A DNA stretch of 64,000 nt, filler included, from Circinaria calcarea (GCA_051942165.1; 40 parts of 40 records of this genome joined end to end with filler, not necessarily neighbours in it), one strand, 5' to 3'; counted from the first letter of the whole stretch, positions 37,407 through 52,017 are shown. Notes: a model not told the origin generated them from the letters alone. Made by a program: numbers and translations.

Positions 37407-38564
37407 CTTGGCGGAAATCACGTCAAGAAGTTGGCTGCTACGTGAACATTTGGTTTGGCGTTGACGTTGACGTTGACGTACGAGACGCTGCTGGCGTAAC
37501 GATGCACCAAAGATGTGTGAAATACGGGTTTTGGACTTTCGTTGTGTATTGAATGCCAATTCCTTTTCTATGTGTTGAGCTGAAACGTCACCTCTGGGCA
37601 TACGTGATCAAGTGAGTTGCAAAGGTGTTGAAGAGTGTGCGGGTTGCAGAAATGCTCGGTTCGGACTGTGGGGGTTTTGTTTACAGGCTTATTCGCTGCT
37701 TTTACCATCCTCAGTTGGCAGTTTTATGATATATCTATACCGGATGAAAAGGGCCGTACCCCGGCTGATTCACCAATGAGGCCTACCGTGGATCTTCTAT
37801 CACGTTCTATCATGTCAAGACAGCGGAAGCTGCAAAGAATGCCAAAATGGCGGGGAAGCCCAAGTCCATCCATACCTCCTGCCACCACCACGTGTCCAAG
37901 CATTGAAACACTCATGGCATCCAAGCATCAGAGCTCAGCAACACATTCTTCCCTGGTCCGCAGGTTGCCATGCACAAAGACGGCCGATATGTACAGCACA
38001 TCCGCCCCCTGCCCATTGTGCGTACCTTGCATATGCAGCTATCCCCTGAACTGGACTAAAGGTAGTTGCATCTATCCCTACCTTGCCAACCGGTTTGTGA
38101 TCCAAATGCACGATACCCGTGCCTGCATTGAAGACTACATGCGTGCATGCGTGTGACTTGTCTTGTGCTTTCTTCGCGAGGGAGATTATCTTCAGTCTCT
38201 GTCACACGAGGAAGGGAAGGGATGGTTTCAATGCTAACATTTCGAGCTGCCCTTTATCTAGATCCTATAAAGATCAACCCTTATGAACTGCGGATACGAA
38301 ACCCCACGTGCTGCTCATCACTTACCATGATTCTCAACGACGACGACGACCACCCCCACCACCACTACTGTCACTACTATTACTGTTCACGCCACAGTAT
38401 ATCCCCATATATCAATTCACCCCTTAACCATCGCGGCAACCTTTGCCATTCCCCTCCCCCTTTTNNNNNNNNNNNNNNNNNNNNNNNNNNNNNNNNNNNN
38501 NNNNNNNNTTAATTAATTAANNNNNNNNNNNNNNNNNNNNNNNNNNNNNNNNNNNNNNNNNNNN

Positions 38565-40065
38565 AGGGATGAGAGGCTATTTCGAACGTTTCGTGATGGC
38601 AAAGTCAAGTTCTTCCAGCCTGGGACTCAGAAACAAGATTGGTTCAACCTGATGAGCGTTCACCAAAATCAGTGGGTTGCGGTACCGCTTTGATGATCGG
38701 ACAAGTTCTGATATCTAATAGTGCAATAGTCATGCATATACGGAAACTGGCTACCTTCCCGAAAACTTCCTTCCTGAATTCTTAGACTTTGTGGTATGGG
38801 GACACGAGCACGAATGCCTTATAGATCCACGCTACAACCCCGAGATGAATTTTCATGTTATGCAGCCAGGATCTTCCGTCGCGACTTCGCTGATGCCAGG
38901 CGAAGCGGTGCCCAAACACGTTGCTATCCTTAGCGTTACTGGTAGAGACTTCAAAGTGGAAACCATCAGGTTGAAGACCGTTCGTCCCTTTGTCATGAAG
39001 GAAATCGTGTTATCCGAGGACAAGGAAGCAAAGAAGCTCGCGAAGAAAGCGGACAACCGGATTGCTCTAACGCAACGTCTTGTGGAGATTGTGAATGAGC
39101 TGATCGCTCAAGCAAAGGCAGAGTGGCTAGAGGTACAGGAAGAAGCGGAGCAGGATGAGGAGGTTGAGGCTCCTTTACCATTGATCCGCCTTCGAGTAGA
39201 ATATTCTGCACCCGAAGGTGGGAATTTCGATTGCGAAAATCCTCAGCGTTTCTCGAATCGGTTTGTGGGGAAGGTAGCTAATGTCAGCGATGTGGTACAA
39301 TTCTATCGCAAGAAGGCCGGGACTACCCGAAAAGCACAGAATGGTGCTGAGCTTCCAGAGGAATCCGTCCTTGCTCAACTATCGATCGACTCGGTCAAGG
39401 TTGAGAAGTTGGTGAGGGAGTTTCTTACCGCGCAGTCACTCACCATCTTACCTCAGAACTCTTTTGGCGATGCCGTAGGTCAATTCGTTGACAAAGACGA
39501 CAAGCATGCTATGGAAATGTTCGTCAACGAGAGTCTATCCAATCAGGTGAAGAATCTGATGGGCATTGATCAATTCGATGAAGAAGGTTTAGAAAACGCA
39601 ATGGATCAGTACAAGTCTAAGCTGGAAGAACTTTTTGCAGCTGGGCATCTGAAAAAGGCCAAGAAGGCAAAATTGAAGCCCAAACCAGATAATTGGGACA
39701 CCGATCTCGACGGCGCGTGGGGAGATCAGCCGGGAGCGCTCATGCACTCGGATATTGAGGCTGGTGATGAAGAAGAGGACGATGTTGTATCGCTAGCATC
39801 GGCCAAGGCCGCACCACGGGGTCGAGGTAGGGCAGCGGTTCCAAAGAAAGCTGCTTCCAATACAAAGAAGACGACGGCACCAGCGAAAACTGGTAGGGGC
39901 AAGAAGAAAGTCGTGGAGGAAGAGAGCGAGGAGGAGGATATTGATGTGGTCATGTTAGATTCCAATGAGGAAGACGACGGTCTCTTTGTCAAGCCAGGGC
40001 CAGCAGCGCGCGGAGGAAAGAAAGCGGCACCGGCAAAGGCGATCCCTCCCGTCAAACGCACGCCT
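38565..40065 (+). CDS. MRE11: MRE11, central/C-terminal part (nuclease end, capping domain, acidic/basic tail)
   Basis: [59 protein letters not shown]. Confidence 0.95.
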
Positions 40066-40165
40066 NNNNNNNNNNNNNNNNNNNNNNNNNNNNNNNNNNN
40101 NNNNNNNNNTTAATTAATTAANNNNNNNNNNNNNNNNNNNNNNNNNNNNNNNNNNNNNNNNNNNN

Positions 40166-41666
40166 TGCTGCGCGAGGCCTACTTTCCCGACTGGAAGGAC
40201 GACGCCTCGAGCGGCGACCTCGCTCATCCCGATGAAATGCAAAAGAACGACCCTCTTGCGACGCAGATATGGAAGCTGTACAGCAAAACGAAGACGCAAT
40301 TGCCCAATCAAGAGCGCATGGAGAACCTGACGTGGCGAATGATGGCCATGAGTTTGAAGCGCAAGGAACGAGAGCAAGCTCGGTAAGTCGTCAAGTTCCC
40401 CCCGGATTCACGGAATGGCAGACCTGGACTCGGGGGGCCCCCAAATGATCCCCGGACTGTACTTATCCCCCCTCTGTGACACAGGGTGTCGCAGCAAAAG
40501 TCCAGTGCTCCTTCTGGTATTGCCAAGTTGAGACAATCCATCGACCACGCAAACATCCCTCCGTCAGACCCCATGAATCTCGACGACTTTATTTTCCCCA
40601 ACTCCATTGCCTCCCCCGCGGGCATATCGCCCTCCCCGCCAGACGGGAGATCGTCCACTCTTTTCAACACCAGGGCGTCGGCTATACCCATCAAGAATAA
40701 GAAGGATGTTCAGGACCAGTCGCATCCAACTTTTCCACCAGCGTCGGCGCCCATCCCGCCGCAATTGCGACATCGGAACCACGAGTTTAATTATGTACAA
40801 CGACGTGTAAGGAAGACCAGCATTGACGAGGGTAGGGTATGTATCGAGACCGCTAGAGATCGTCGAAGGTAATGCTAACCAGATTTTGGGTAGGCGAGAA
40901 AACGACGGGCAGAATTCTCTCCTCAAGTGCCTCCGGTGAACAGTATAATGATACCCAACGAGCCAGACGCGGATGCAGGATTAAACAACTATAGCCTCGA
41001 TCATACGGGTTCACTACCGTCGTTCTCGCAGCACGTCAGCACTCACCCCCATGTTCCGTTTCATCTCGATACCTTTGGCATCAGCGATGACCCCATCCTC
41101 CACTCGGCTGGTCCCTTCCAACAGAATTTCAGCTTTTCTCCGACTGGCTCCCCTATTGTCCATCATGGACCTTTCTCGATATATAACCAAACCCCTATGG
41201 GCTCCTCGCTCAACTCGGCTGATTACTATTCACCACCTGGATCAGCCTTTCCTTCTACGGCATCGACACCTCAACCAATGCATGATGGCGAACATGTCTA
41301 CTTTGATCATAACGGTATAGAGTTAAGACATCAGAGGCCTTTGCAGAATTTCTCATCCAACCGACCATCCAACCTCTCCAACTCCATGCAACCACATTAC
41401 ATCTACGATCCGAACCATGAATCCATGTTCACCGCTGTAACCACTGCGGGTCCTATGCAGAGCTACAACGCGGCAGGATATCCGTTGCTGCAGCAGCATA
41501 TCAACCCGTCACACGTCCTCCACTCCGGGTATTCGAATTCTCAATCGCCCGGCATGCCTCTGGCTCGTCAAGATAATCTCTTCTCGTTTGGAGGCGATTC
41601 AGATAACGAAGAAGAGGAGGGTATACCATTCGGGGATCGCTCTAGTACGATGCAGACAGATTACCC
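40166..41666 (+). CDS. areA: Nitrogen regulatory GATA factor AreA/NIT2, N-terminal half
   Basis: [36 protein letters not shown] (DUF1752), [50 protein letters not shown]. Confidence 0.92.
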
Positions 41667-42825
41667 NNNNNNNNNNNNNNNNNNNNNNNNNNNNNNNNNN
41701 NNNNNNNNNNTTAATTAATTAANNNNNNNNNNNNNNNNNNNNNNNNNNNNNNNNNNNNNNNNNNNNAGAGGGGGAAGAATTACAAACTGTCGGCTACGCG
41801 CTTATTTATTATTATATTATTATTATTTCACTCCCATTCACGCGTATTTATTTATTAATCACTCAACAGCGAACATCAATCGTATCTGCCACATACAAAA
41901 TTTATACACATAAACAACAAGGGGGGTGCTAGGTAGGATATAACAGGCTAGATTTTATCTATAATAAAAAAACAAAGAATAAAATTCACTCGCCGTGCGT
42001 GGTGCACGATTACCGGAACGTGGTATTAATTTATCGTTATTCCCCGTGTGTGTGTGTGTGTGTGTCTTGGCTATAAGCATGGCTATTCGAAAAAGCTGAG
42101 GAATACATACATAGCCCTGCTTTATTGATGGTAATTTAATACCGTGGCTCACTTCTCACCTTTGCGTATTAATTACATCTCCGTTGTTCCCTTTTCTTCC
42201 CTTTCCCCCTTTCCCCCCCCTTTTCCCTCCCTTCCAATCAAGAAAAAAAAAGCGGGCTTTTGGAAACTTTTTCAGATATGCTAGGTATGAGGATTTGGGT
42301 AAAGTAAAAGTATAAGGATAAAAGGGTATAAGAATAGAGGAGTAGTGTCAGGAGTGGAATGAAGAACCTGACGTTTTTAATTTTATTGCCTGAGTGAGAC
42401 CTTTCCCTCTGGAATCCCGGGAGAGATAGATAGATAGATGGCCCGTCCTGGTAAGTGCGGGAAAAGGAACCCGGGCCCGGGGAGAAGGGAGATTTAAAAG
42501 GATGCGAGGTTTGTGGATCGCTATCGATGGGTTTTTTTGGGTTGTTGATGCTGAAAACGCTAATGGGTTTATTCACAATAGCTAAGTCAAACTAAACTAA
42601 GCCAAGCCAAAAGCTAGTATAGCCTTCCCTCTCTTTCTTTATGCTGATACCGATACCGGTTGCAAGAGCCCCCCTCCCATAACCAAACCATGTAGACCAG
42701 ATACCGGAACACCATCGCTCAGCAAAGTTGATGATTGAATGATAGTTGGGATGGGAAAGAAAGAGGTGCAAAGGGGGAAAGGAGGAGAGGGAGAGGAAGA
42801 AGGAGAAGAAGAAGAAAAGAATGGT

Positions 42826-43265
42826 TTAGTCGACGCCGGCATAGAGATCGACCACGATATTAATAGCCGCGACGAGGATCTCAGCAGCGATGAGGATGAT
42901 GACTAGTCGAAAGAGGGAGAGAAGTTAGCATACGTAATGATTTCCAGCTTTTGAGTTTTTTGGTGCATAAGAATTGAGTAATAGGGATATAGCAAAGGAA
43001 GAACGTACCAATCCATTCCAGATACTCCCCATGGCTCGTCCTCACCTGATCCTTCAACACCGCCAGTAAATCCCCCAGCACATCCAACCTCTCCATCAAC
43101 AATCCCACCCGCTGGTCCATTTCTAGATAACTCCGCACCGCCCCGTACACGGGCTCCAGCTGCGGTTCGGCCCACATGAGCTCCGGGCTATCAAGCACGG
43201 AGCCTTGGAGGTGGATATTGATACGGAGGATAAAGAGTTCGCCGATTTTTTTATTAATGGAGAGG
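42826..43265 (-). CDS. RMD1: RMD1-like DUF155 protein, C-terminus
   Basis: IGELFISRINIHLQGSVLDSPELMWAEPQLEPVYGAVRSYLEMDQRV...HGEYLEWI|VIILIAAEILV. Confidence 0.85.
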
Positions 43266-44964
43266 NNNNNNNNNNNNNNNNNNNNNNNNNNNNNNNNNNN
43301 NNNNNNNNNTTAATTAATTAANNNNNNNNNNNNNNNNNNNNNNNNNNNNNNNNNNNNNNNNNNNNGATGTGGTTGGGGGTTTGGGTTTGGGATTGTGAGG
43401 TTGGAGGGTAGATGGTAGATGGTAGATGGTAGGAACGATTGACGCGGGAGTAAGAGTAGGAGTAGGAGTAAGAAGTAGACGAGGGTTCCTTTTCCGTGCC
43501 AGGAGAAACTGACTCGCTGTCTTCCAAGGACTGGAAGGAGAAGTCAAGAGGGGGCCTTGGGGGAATTATGAATGAATCTAACTTTTACCGCGAGTCTTTC
43601 CATATGCGATGCCATGCCCTCCCCTCCTCCTCCTTCCAACCTCCTTCAGCTTCCTCCCCCTGCCAGGGCTTCCTTCCGCCGAATCAAAGCCCATCATACC
43701 GGGCGGAGAAACCGGACTCGTTTTTTTTTATTCACCGCCACCAACTTCCTCCGTCCTCCCCCTTTTTTGGTTTCCTCCTAGGCCTTCCGCCTTCCCCTCC
43801 TCGAGAATATCCTCTCGATGGATTTTTCTATGCCTGGAGCCGGAACCTAAGGTTTACTGTTGGTGTTAGTAATGGCAATGGTAATGTTAAATATTAACTG
43901 AAACTCTCAAAAGACCTCAGTGAAAGCTGGAAGAAGCTGGATGGGTGAATCGTATGGGCTCATTGAGGGGGGAGGGGTAAACTGATACGATTGAGTCCTG
44001 GGTTTTCTAATTCTTGTTAATTTTTTGGGGGAAGCTCGAGGGGGGTTGAGGAGAGGAAGGAACTGGGAGAGGGCGTAGCTGGTGGGGGAGATGGAGGAAT
44101 CTATACCACCCAGGGCCGAGCCGGGGGCAGTAGAAAAAGGTTCAGGGGGGGAGCGGGTGAGAGAGAGAAAGGTCAGGTGAGAGAGTTTTAGAGAGAAAAA
44201 GAAAGAGCAAAAGCCGGAGGATGGGTAAAGGACGGCCAGAAGTAACAGGTGGGAAAGGAAATAGGAGGCTTCATATGTATGCCACACTTCTATCCCCCCT
44301 CCCCCGCCTTCCTTTTTTTCCCAAAAACAAGGGTTCGGCTAACGAGAAACCGAGTTGGAGTAGAGATCGTACGTATTGAGGTCCTCCTGTCATATAAGCA
44401 CATTTATATTCACGGTCATGGCTACCAGTCACCAGTCACCAGCTACGGGCACGGACACGGGGCACGGGCAGACGGTCAGAGGTACTGGGTCGTGATGTAA
44501 GCTAAGATGCACGGAGAGACTGGATCGAATTATCCTTTCGCCGGCGTTGATTAGTTTTGGCATGGGGGAAAGGGGAAAGGAGGATTCGGGGTACGAAGAA
44601 GTTGTGAACGGGGGAGGGTTTCATGTACCGTACCGTACATTTCCGTTTTCGCGGGAGTAGGGAGTAGGGAGTAAAAGTGGGGATAAGGGGGTTGGAAAAC
44701 TTCGCGCGGTATGGTTTTCGGGCCCCGAGGGGGTTTTTTCCAAGAGAAGGCGGGGTGTTTCATTTATCCCCACGTACGAGTTTTTAGAATAGACCCAAAA
44801 AGAGTCTCTTCGTGCTTGTTTTCCTTTCTCGCTGGGTAGCTATTCCCCCTCTCTACTTTTCCTCNNNNNNNNNNNNNNNNNNNNNNNNNNNNNNNNNNNN
44901 NNNNNNNNTTAATTAATTAANNNNNNNNNNNNNNNNNNNNNNNNNNNNNNNNNNNNNNNNNNNN

Positions 44965-45604
44965 TCTTGGAGTTGTTCTATATATTTGCCTTTGTGGCTT
45001 TCCCCCGTTCTCTGACGAGTTATACACAAAGGAGAATCCGTTCACGCTATCTCAGCAAATCAAAATGGGTCGATTCGACTACCCGTCTCCATACTGGGAC
45101 TCTGTAGGCGATCCTGCATTAGATCTCATCGACAGGATGCTTACAGTCGATGTCGACAAACGAATCAGTATCGAGGATTGCCTGGAGCACCCCTGGCTAA
45201 CACAGAAAACCATCAACCCAGGAGACAGCGCGGATAGTCTTGCAGGCGCAATGGATCAGCTTGATTTTTCGAAGCGCAAGGTTCAGCGTGAACGCACCAT
45301 GCTGTGTACTATCAATGATATAAAGATCAGCAAGGTCATTGACGTGGAAGAGGGTAAGGTACCAATCAAGGTTTTTGAAAAGAATGCAAACGGCAAAAGG
45401 GTGCATAATAACCCCGTGAAAAACGGGGCACCAGGAAAGAGCAAAGGCAGCACGCCAAAAAAGGAGCAATCTCCAGCAGCTCAAAGAGAACCGAGGGAGT
45501 TCATGGAAATGGGAGGTAAAGGCGATCAGCCCCTATTCGCGGACGACCGAGGTAGCCGGTATGAAGCCGACGAAGTCCCAAACCAGAAGCCAAAAGGGAA
45601 ATGA
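44965..45604 (+). CDS. CHK2/DUN1-like Ser/Thr kinase, C-terminus
   Basis: LGVVLYICLCGFPPFSDELY...QQIKMGRFDYPSPYWDSVGDPALDLIDRML...CLEHPW. Confidence 0.85.
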
Positions 45605-47194
45605 TGAAACGGAGTCTGGGTCCTCGAATGGGAAGACTTGAGGCGAGCAAGTTCGGTCAGTACATCAGAAGGGCGACGGCTTGTGCAGGAAGGAAAAGCC
45701 ATGATCTTGGGTTATCTATCGTCCACATGGTGGATAGAGGAGTACTTTATTTGATCTATCAGTGTTATAGTCAGGGACTGTGCTGCGGAGCTACTCAACC
45801 AGCCTGCACAGGCGGCTCCATTCATTATAATGGCAACAGTAGTAGAATATATATTCCTTCGACAAAATCATTGCCTTCATGGCGATGATGGATAATAAAG
45901 CTAGAGTTACCTGATTATAGCCGACGTGATTATCATGCAATCTTAGAGCTTCGATCATGAGATGGCCAAAAATTTTATGTTGGTTAAGAAGTAGCCAGGC
46001 ATTAGCTGATAATGCACACAACCACCAGTCAAGCGCCAGCTCTCGTGGATGATTGATGGTGTTTGATGAAACAACCGTTTGTGGCCGTTGACCGGCCACG
46101 CGCTTGACAAAGAACATTGCAACCTCGACAGTAATTAATTACTCGCTAAATTTTCCCCTCTAGATTTGTGGGACCCCTCCAATGTTGGTGATTCCATACC
46201 CGAATCCTAGGCTGGAAGAGTCAGTAACTACGGCTGGGGGTAGCTCAGGGTTGCAATTTTTTTGTCAAGCGCGTGACCAGCCGACGCCGCATGGACATTC
46301 TATTCAGCACATCCAACCCTAAAAGTTCGTGTGAACACTACAGATTTGCTTAACAAAAACTGGATATATTCAAGCAATTTCCTTTTTTTCTAAAGACTAT
46401 TCGACAATCGTGGCAGTAGAATTCAAATGAGATTGCGATGCATGGAATGTCATAACGCCTACTNNNNNNNNNNNNNNNNNNNNNNNNNNNNNNNNNNNNN
46501 NNNNNNNTTAATTAATTAANNNNNNNNNNNNNNNNNNNNNNNNNNNNNNNNNNNNNNNNNNNNCCCCCCCAACCCCCAAAAATAATACCTAGAAATCCCT
46601 TTTTGCGTTTATTCTTCTATTCTGCTGTCTGCAGGGCTGCGATTCTACAATCTCCGGTTCTCCTTGTACTTTTTTTCCGTTTGGAGTTGGGATAGTATTA
46701 CGGAAACCCGGCCCCCCTCCTCCTTCGCCCCCTCGGCCTTCGCTCTTGTTTAGGGGATCTCCACTTTTTCCTTTCCTTTCCTTTCAGTATTTCCCTTAGC
46801 GGGGGATTGAGTATATTCAAGCGAGCGGGTTTGAAAAGTCAGGATCGAGGTAGGGACAGGGATAAGGATAGGGATGTATTGTTAACCTCCTCCCACTTTC
46901 TCCACCCCCCCTTCTCCCCTCCACCCGGGGGGGGGTTTGGGGTGCTATAAGAATTGAGATTGAGAAATAAATACCTAGGTAGATAGCTTACCCTTGCCGT
47001 GCCGTGGCTGTGGCAGTACCTGTTGATTGTGGGTGTGGGTGTGGGTGCACGTTGACATATATATATAGATAGATAATATCCTCAAGACTACGGCAACATG
47101 TGCGGGCGAACTGATTTAAAGCGTCGTCGTCGCCTTTTCTCCCGCGCTTAGCGACTTGTTCCCGGTCGTTCTCCTCTCGCGCCTCTGCTCCCTC

Positions 47195-47233
<39 letters not shown>

Positions 47234-47787
47234 TTGCTCTCGACGGGGAACTGGCTGCTGAATATTGTCTTTTTCAAACCACAAGCACAAACCCCGCGGG
47301 AGAGATGGGCTTTAGGGGTTTCGGCAAAGGGGTTTTGGTAAGGTACGGCGACATCTTCTTCTCCCTCGTGAAAGAATACTGTATAAGGGAAGTTCTGGCG
47401 AGGAACAGGAACCCGAAAGTCACTGCCATTAAAAGTATTGAGGTGAAGATGACGTGCAGGACACTAGAGTTCCAAAAGGGATTAATTAGCTCTCACAAAA
47501 ATCTTTTACTATTATAATTAAACTCAAAGCAGCCTACCATTTATTTCCTTTAATATACCAAGGCGGCATCTTAATGGGCCACTGTAAAGTCGACTGGCCC
47601 TTCGGAGAAAATCGAGAAAGCTTGCATCATGCCGTTGTTTCCAGTGATTAATACCTAGTCCCAGGTGCAGAGCCGTATGTATCCAATCAAGGAACATATG
47701 ATCTTACGGCAGCCTAACTACCACCACGGTGACTTGGTAGGTCAAAACTGTAGCTGTACAACAAGCTTTGAGTACTGAACTGAACGC

Positions 47788-48061
47788 TCAATCCACCCAA
47801 TCCACATTGATATCAATCTCATCACCACCCACGCTTTCCTTTCCACTCTTGACGAGTGCCTCACCCATGGCCGCCTCGAGCTTCGCTTTAAACCTTGCCT
47901 CGCCTGGCACATCATAGTCTAGGTTGCGACCGCAGAAGATCATGCTCATGAAGCCCTTTTTGGCCTTCTCGGCCACTGCTGTATCCGCATTATGACTGAG
48001 CTCCTGAAGCCGCCGTCTCCAGAACAACCATCGCTTGATGCTGAAGCCTTGCTGGTCGATG
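47788..48061 (-). CDS. DUF3632-like protein, C-terminus
   Basis: QGFSIKRWLFWRRRL motif. Confidence 0.55.
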
Positions 48062-48161
48062 NNNNNNNNNNNNNNNNNNNNNNNNNNNNNNNNNNNNNNN
48101 NNNNNTTAATTAATTAANNNNNNNNNNNNNNNNNNNNNNNNNNNNNNNNNNNNNNNNNNNN

Positions 48162-49178
48162 CAAAGTCGCGCCAAAGGCATTGCAAGAGCCATGTTGGAG
48201 ACACTCCCGATCGTGAAGTTTGGTGATCATGAAGACATCAAGCCGATGCCAGCAGAAGGAGATGTTGAGCTGGGTGAGACTGGAGCTCCAAAACATACAA
48301 CCACCGACACGGAGGGAGGAGTACCTTCTAAGGAGAGCCAACCCGAGGGTAGTGAAACCAGCGAAGGTGGGGATGTCGTTAGGACCATCACAGCTGGGGC
48401 TTCCGAGTCCTCACATGAGTACAAGGCAGAGCAGGAAGGAATTCAAGAAGAGGAACACAGTCATGGGGATGGCCACGAGCATCCGGTCAGTGAACAACAC
48501 TTCCACCCAGCTGGTGCAGGTGACCACGGTTCAGACAATGGTCTTGCATGTTCAGTATGCACGGAAGATTTCGTTAAGGGTGACGATATTCGTGTTCTAC
48601 CTTGCGGTCACAAATACCACCCAGAGTGCATTGATCCGTGGCTTTTGAACGTCTCTGGTACTTGTCCGCTATGGTGAGTATACCTTTTGGAGGAGTTGCG
48701 TGAATTCTTCTGATACGTTTTTAGTCGAATCGATCTTCGTCCAACAGCTTCTCATACCGAGGACGGTGAAGGACGCCGATTATCCATGCCAGATGTGTCG
48801 GACATGCCTGATATGCCATTATCACCTATGCCTGCCGATGAAGCGCCGGAAAGCTCAATGCCCACTGGCCGAAGACGAACTCATGCGCTCTCTACATATA
48901 TACACCATACGTTGAACCCTCGCCGCATGCGCGACGCTACCCCTGAGGAGCGATTAGCTGCTTTACGGCAGTTCCGCACCACTAACCGGGCTTCTGAGAG
49001 CGAATCGAGCGCCGGAATGGGTTCGGCTGGAGGAGAAAGGACAAGGAACAGGGTTACCGCACGACTTAATCGCCTGTGGCCACATTCAGTCCATGGAGCT
49101 AGAAACTCTGTCGTTTCGCAGAATACGGAGGTGCCTGAAAGCTCTCAAGGCTCCGGTCGGGAATCAGTTATACGATGA
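48162..49178 (+). CDS. RING-H2 E3 ubiquitin ligase (PA-TM-RING type), C-terminal part
   Basis: LETLPIVKFG; CSVCTEDF...[27 protein letters not shown]|RIDL; intron 48674-48724. Confidence 0.9.
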
Positions 49179-50506
49179 TGCGATCTGACGATTTTGTTTA
49201 TATTGATTTTGCATAGAAATGCGTGGAGCGGGGAAAAATCGGGGACATTTTGGGAGGGGTGATTGATTCTTCAATAAGTGGCGATGAAGCGATGATTTTC
49301 TCGGGTTCTACCCGGCAAAATATGCACAAATGGGTTTTTTTCGCTGTGGTTATCGGCCGACGGGTCTCCAGGACCGATATGGTTGTTATTAGTTGTACTA
49401 TACCCCTATGTATCACCCTGTTCTTTCTTACTCTCAAACCAAAAACCTGTAGGAACCATGGAGCGCTTCGAGATTTTCTTTTCCCCGGGCCTAGAATGGT
49501 TAGTTAGGTATCTTGATTCTATTCTGTTCTATTCTATTCTATTCTCGATTCATTTCGTAGAGATGAAATCGTCTCCTTTTTCCTCTTTCCTCTTTCCTCT
49601 TCCCTAAACACCCTCGACAAGGCAACGCCAAACCCCCCCCCCCACGACCCCCTTTCCTTNNNNNNNNNNNNNNNNNNNNNNNNNNNNNNNNNNNNNNNNN
49701 NNNTTAATTAATTAANNNNNNNNNNNNNNNNNNNNNNNNNNNNNNNNNNNNNNNNNNNNCCCCAATCCAATCCTACCCCCAAACCCCTCTTCCCAACCTT
49801 CTTTAAAGAAAATATATACAACCCTAATTCCTCTTCAACACCGCCAGCGCTATTCCAAAAAAAGAATTAAAAAAAAGGAGTGGTGAAACCGCGTGGGAAA
49901 CCAACTATAGAATAGAGGCTTAGCTTGACGCTTAGCATGGAGCTTAGTCACCTCGGCGGGAACGGGGACGGGAGCGGGCCGTATAAATAAAGAACCACGG
50001 ACACGATCTCCAAGTACTTTTTAAAAATAGCATAATCTTTTAATTCGTGGAAGAAAATCCCTCCTGTGATTTTATAACGGCCACGATTAACAAAACTTCT
50101 CAACAGCCCCCTCCCTCGGATAAATTCAATACACCGGGGGAGACCACATTGATATTTCGCATCTCCGACCTTTTTTATATTGAAATAATTAATTTCCCCC
50201 CCCCCCCCAAAAAAAACACGAGCAGAGTGGCCGTGTTTTTCTCTCCACTGTTGTTGTTCACGGGGCATAAAGCCTCATACACCTTAAGCGCGATAATGAT
50301 TCTGTGTGGAAGAGAACACGATGAACAATAAAGCCAAAATACTTCCGTACCATACGCATTACGGAGTAAGATATTTTCGCTTACTCACACGGATATAACC
50401 CGAGGTAGGCCTGGATAAGAAATAGAGAGTCAGCAGAAACCCCACGGTGGGGGCGGCCGGGGGAGAAGGGAGTGAGAGTGGGAGAATATGAGATATGAGA
50501 TGTAGA

Positions 50507-50667
50507 GCGCGCCTGGAGGAGGTGTGGATCTGAGTACTCCGTACGAGAAGTCCCTGGTAGATGATACAAAGCGAGATTGGAACCCGCGCCTGGATGAGGT
50601 ATGGATTTGAGGTACTCCGTACGAGAGTCCCTGGTAGATAATACAAAGCGAGATTGGAAGCCGCGCC
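50507..50667. repeat. Tandem duplication, 2 x about 78 bp
   Basis: GCGCCTGGA.GAGGT.TGGAT.TGAG..TACTCCGTACGAG..GTCCCTGGTAGAT.ATACAAAGCGAGATTGGAA occurs twice. Confidence 0.85.
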
Positions 50668-51355
50668 CCCTTCAAAGAAATTAGGCTCGACTATATATGA
50701 ATTAATTACCTACTCGACCGCAGTGGGTTTATTCCCTTGACACCAAGGCATAAACTCACCCCTTCCCCCTATCGGGGAGACTCAAGGCTTCCTCACAAAT
50801 TCTAGGTGTTAAAGAATCTTTTATCATGCGGAGGTAAACAGCTTTGTTTTACGGCGGGGGCCCCCATAAGGGAAAATCAAATAAACAAACTTCTTCAGGA
50901 AACCCCCGTCTCGTTATTAGTAATGTACTACATATATCCAGCAAAATAGCCAGCAAAAACCCGGGTTGTTTTAATGATCCCGATACGAAAACCCATAGGG
51001 GGAGCCGGGGATACTCTCCCAACCTATCCAGCTCGAAAAAAAAAGAGACCGTTCAGCTCCCCGGGGGTTCCGGGGGGTCAGCGCAAGTGAGAAAAAGTAA
51101 AATCTTTCATGTTTTTGCAAGAAAGGAAAAAAAAGTTTCGCGAGCATTTTCCTCTCTTCCCTCGAGGACGGCAACTTACAGGCAGTTGATAGACCCCCCC
51201 CCCCGTCATTTCCTCTTCTCTTCCCCCCCTCATCCTTCGGAATGAAGTACACACCNNNNNNNNNNNNNNNNNNNNNNNNNNNNNNNNNNNNNNNNNNNNT
51301 TAATTAATTAANNNNNNNNNNNNNNNNNNNNNNNNNNNNNNNNNNNNNNNNNNNN

Positions 51356-52017
51356 TTGGTGGATCAAGCAGTTCGAGGAGCAGGCAGTCCAACGGAAGGA
51401 TGAGAGAACGGCCGCCAAGCCCTGAAGTGACGACTGTTGACCACGTTCTACCCGTCAGTTTAGAGGATATGTACAAGGGCGCGCATAAAAAGATGAAGAT
51501 CAGGCGGAAAATTATCGATAACATGACGGGAAAGAGAAAGTTGGAGGAGAAGATAGCAGAGATGGATATCAAGCAAGGTCACAAGGAGGGGACAAAATTC
51601 ACGTTCAAGGGCTGGGGAGACCAGGATGAAGAAGGCGGCACGCAGGATCTCAGATTCATTGTCTCTCAGGTAAGCTGCTCTTTCGGTCCATCTACTGGAC
51701 TCAGCGACTAACACCATGAGTAGAAAGATCACCCTGTATTCAAGCGGGAAAACGATGATCTGCGAACCACTGTCGAGTTGGACCTGAAGGAAGCGCTGAC
51801 TGGCTGGAAACGGACCATCACGACCATCGACGGCAGGCAGATCTCGGTCTCGGCTGGAACACCCACTCAACCAGGACACGAGATACGATATCCGGAATTG
51901 GGCATGCCAAAGCAGAAGAAACCCACCGAAAGGGGGGACATGATCGTACAGGTCAAAGTCAGATTTCCATTGAGTCTCACAACGGCGCAGAAGGAGAAGC
52001 TGAAGGAAATCCTATAG
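51356..52017 (+). CDS. SIS1: Class B DnaJ/Hsp40 (SIS1/Psi1-like), C-terminal domain
   Basis: LPVSLEDMYKG, KEGTKFTF, QDLRFIV, HPVFKR, LKEALTGW, GMPKQK..RGDMIV; intron 51670-51723. Confidence 0.82.

Noticed and set aside
43366..44864. Numerous short ORFs and G/C-run tracts
   Set aside because: Low-complexity intergenic DNA with no recognisable protein motif or RNA gene.
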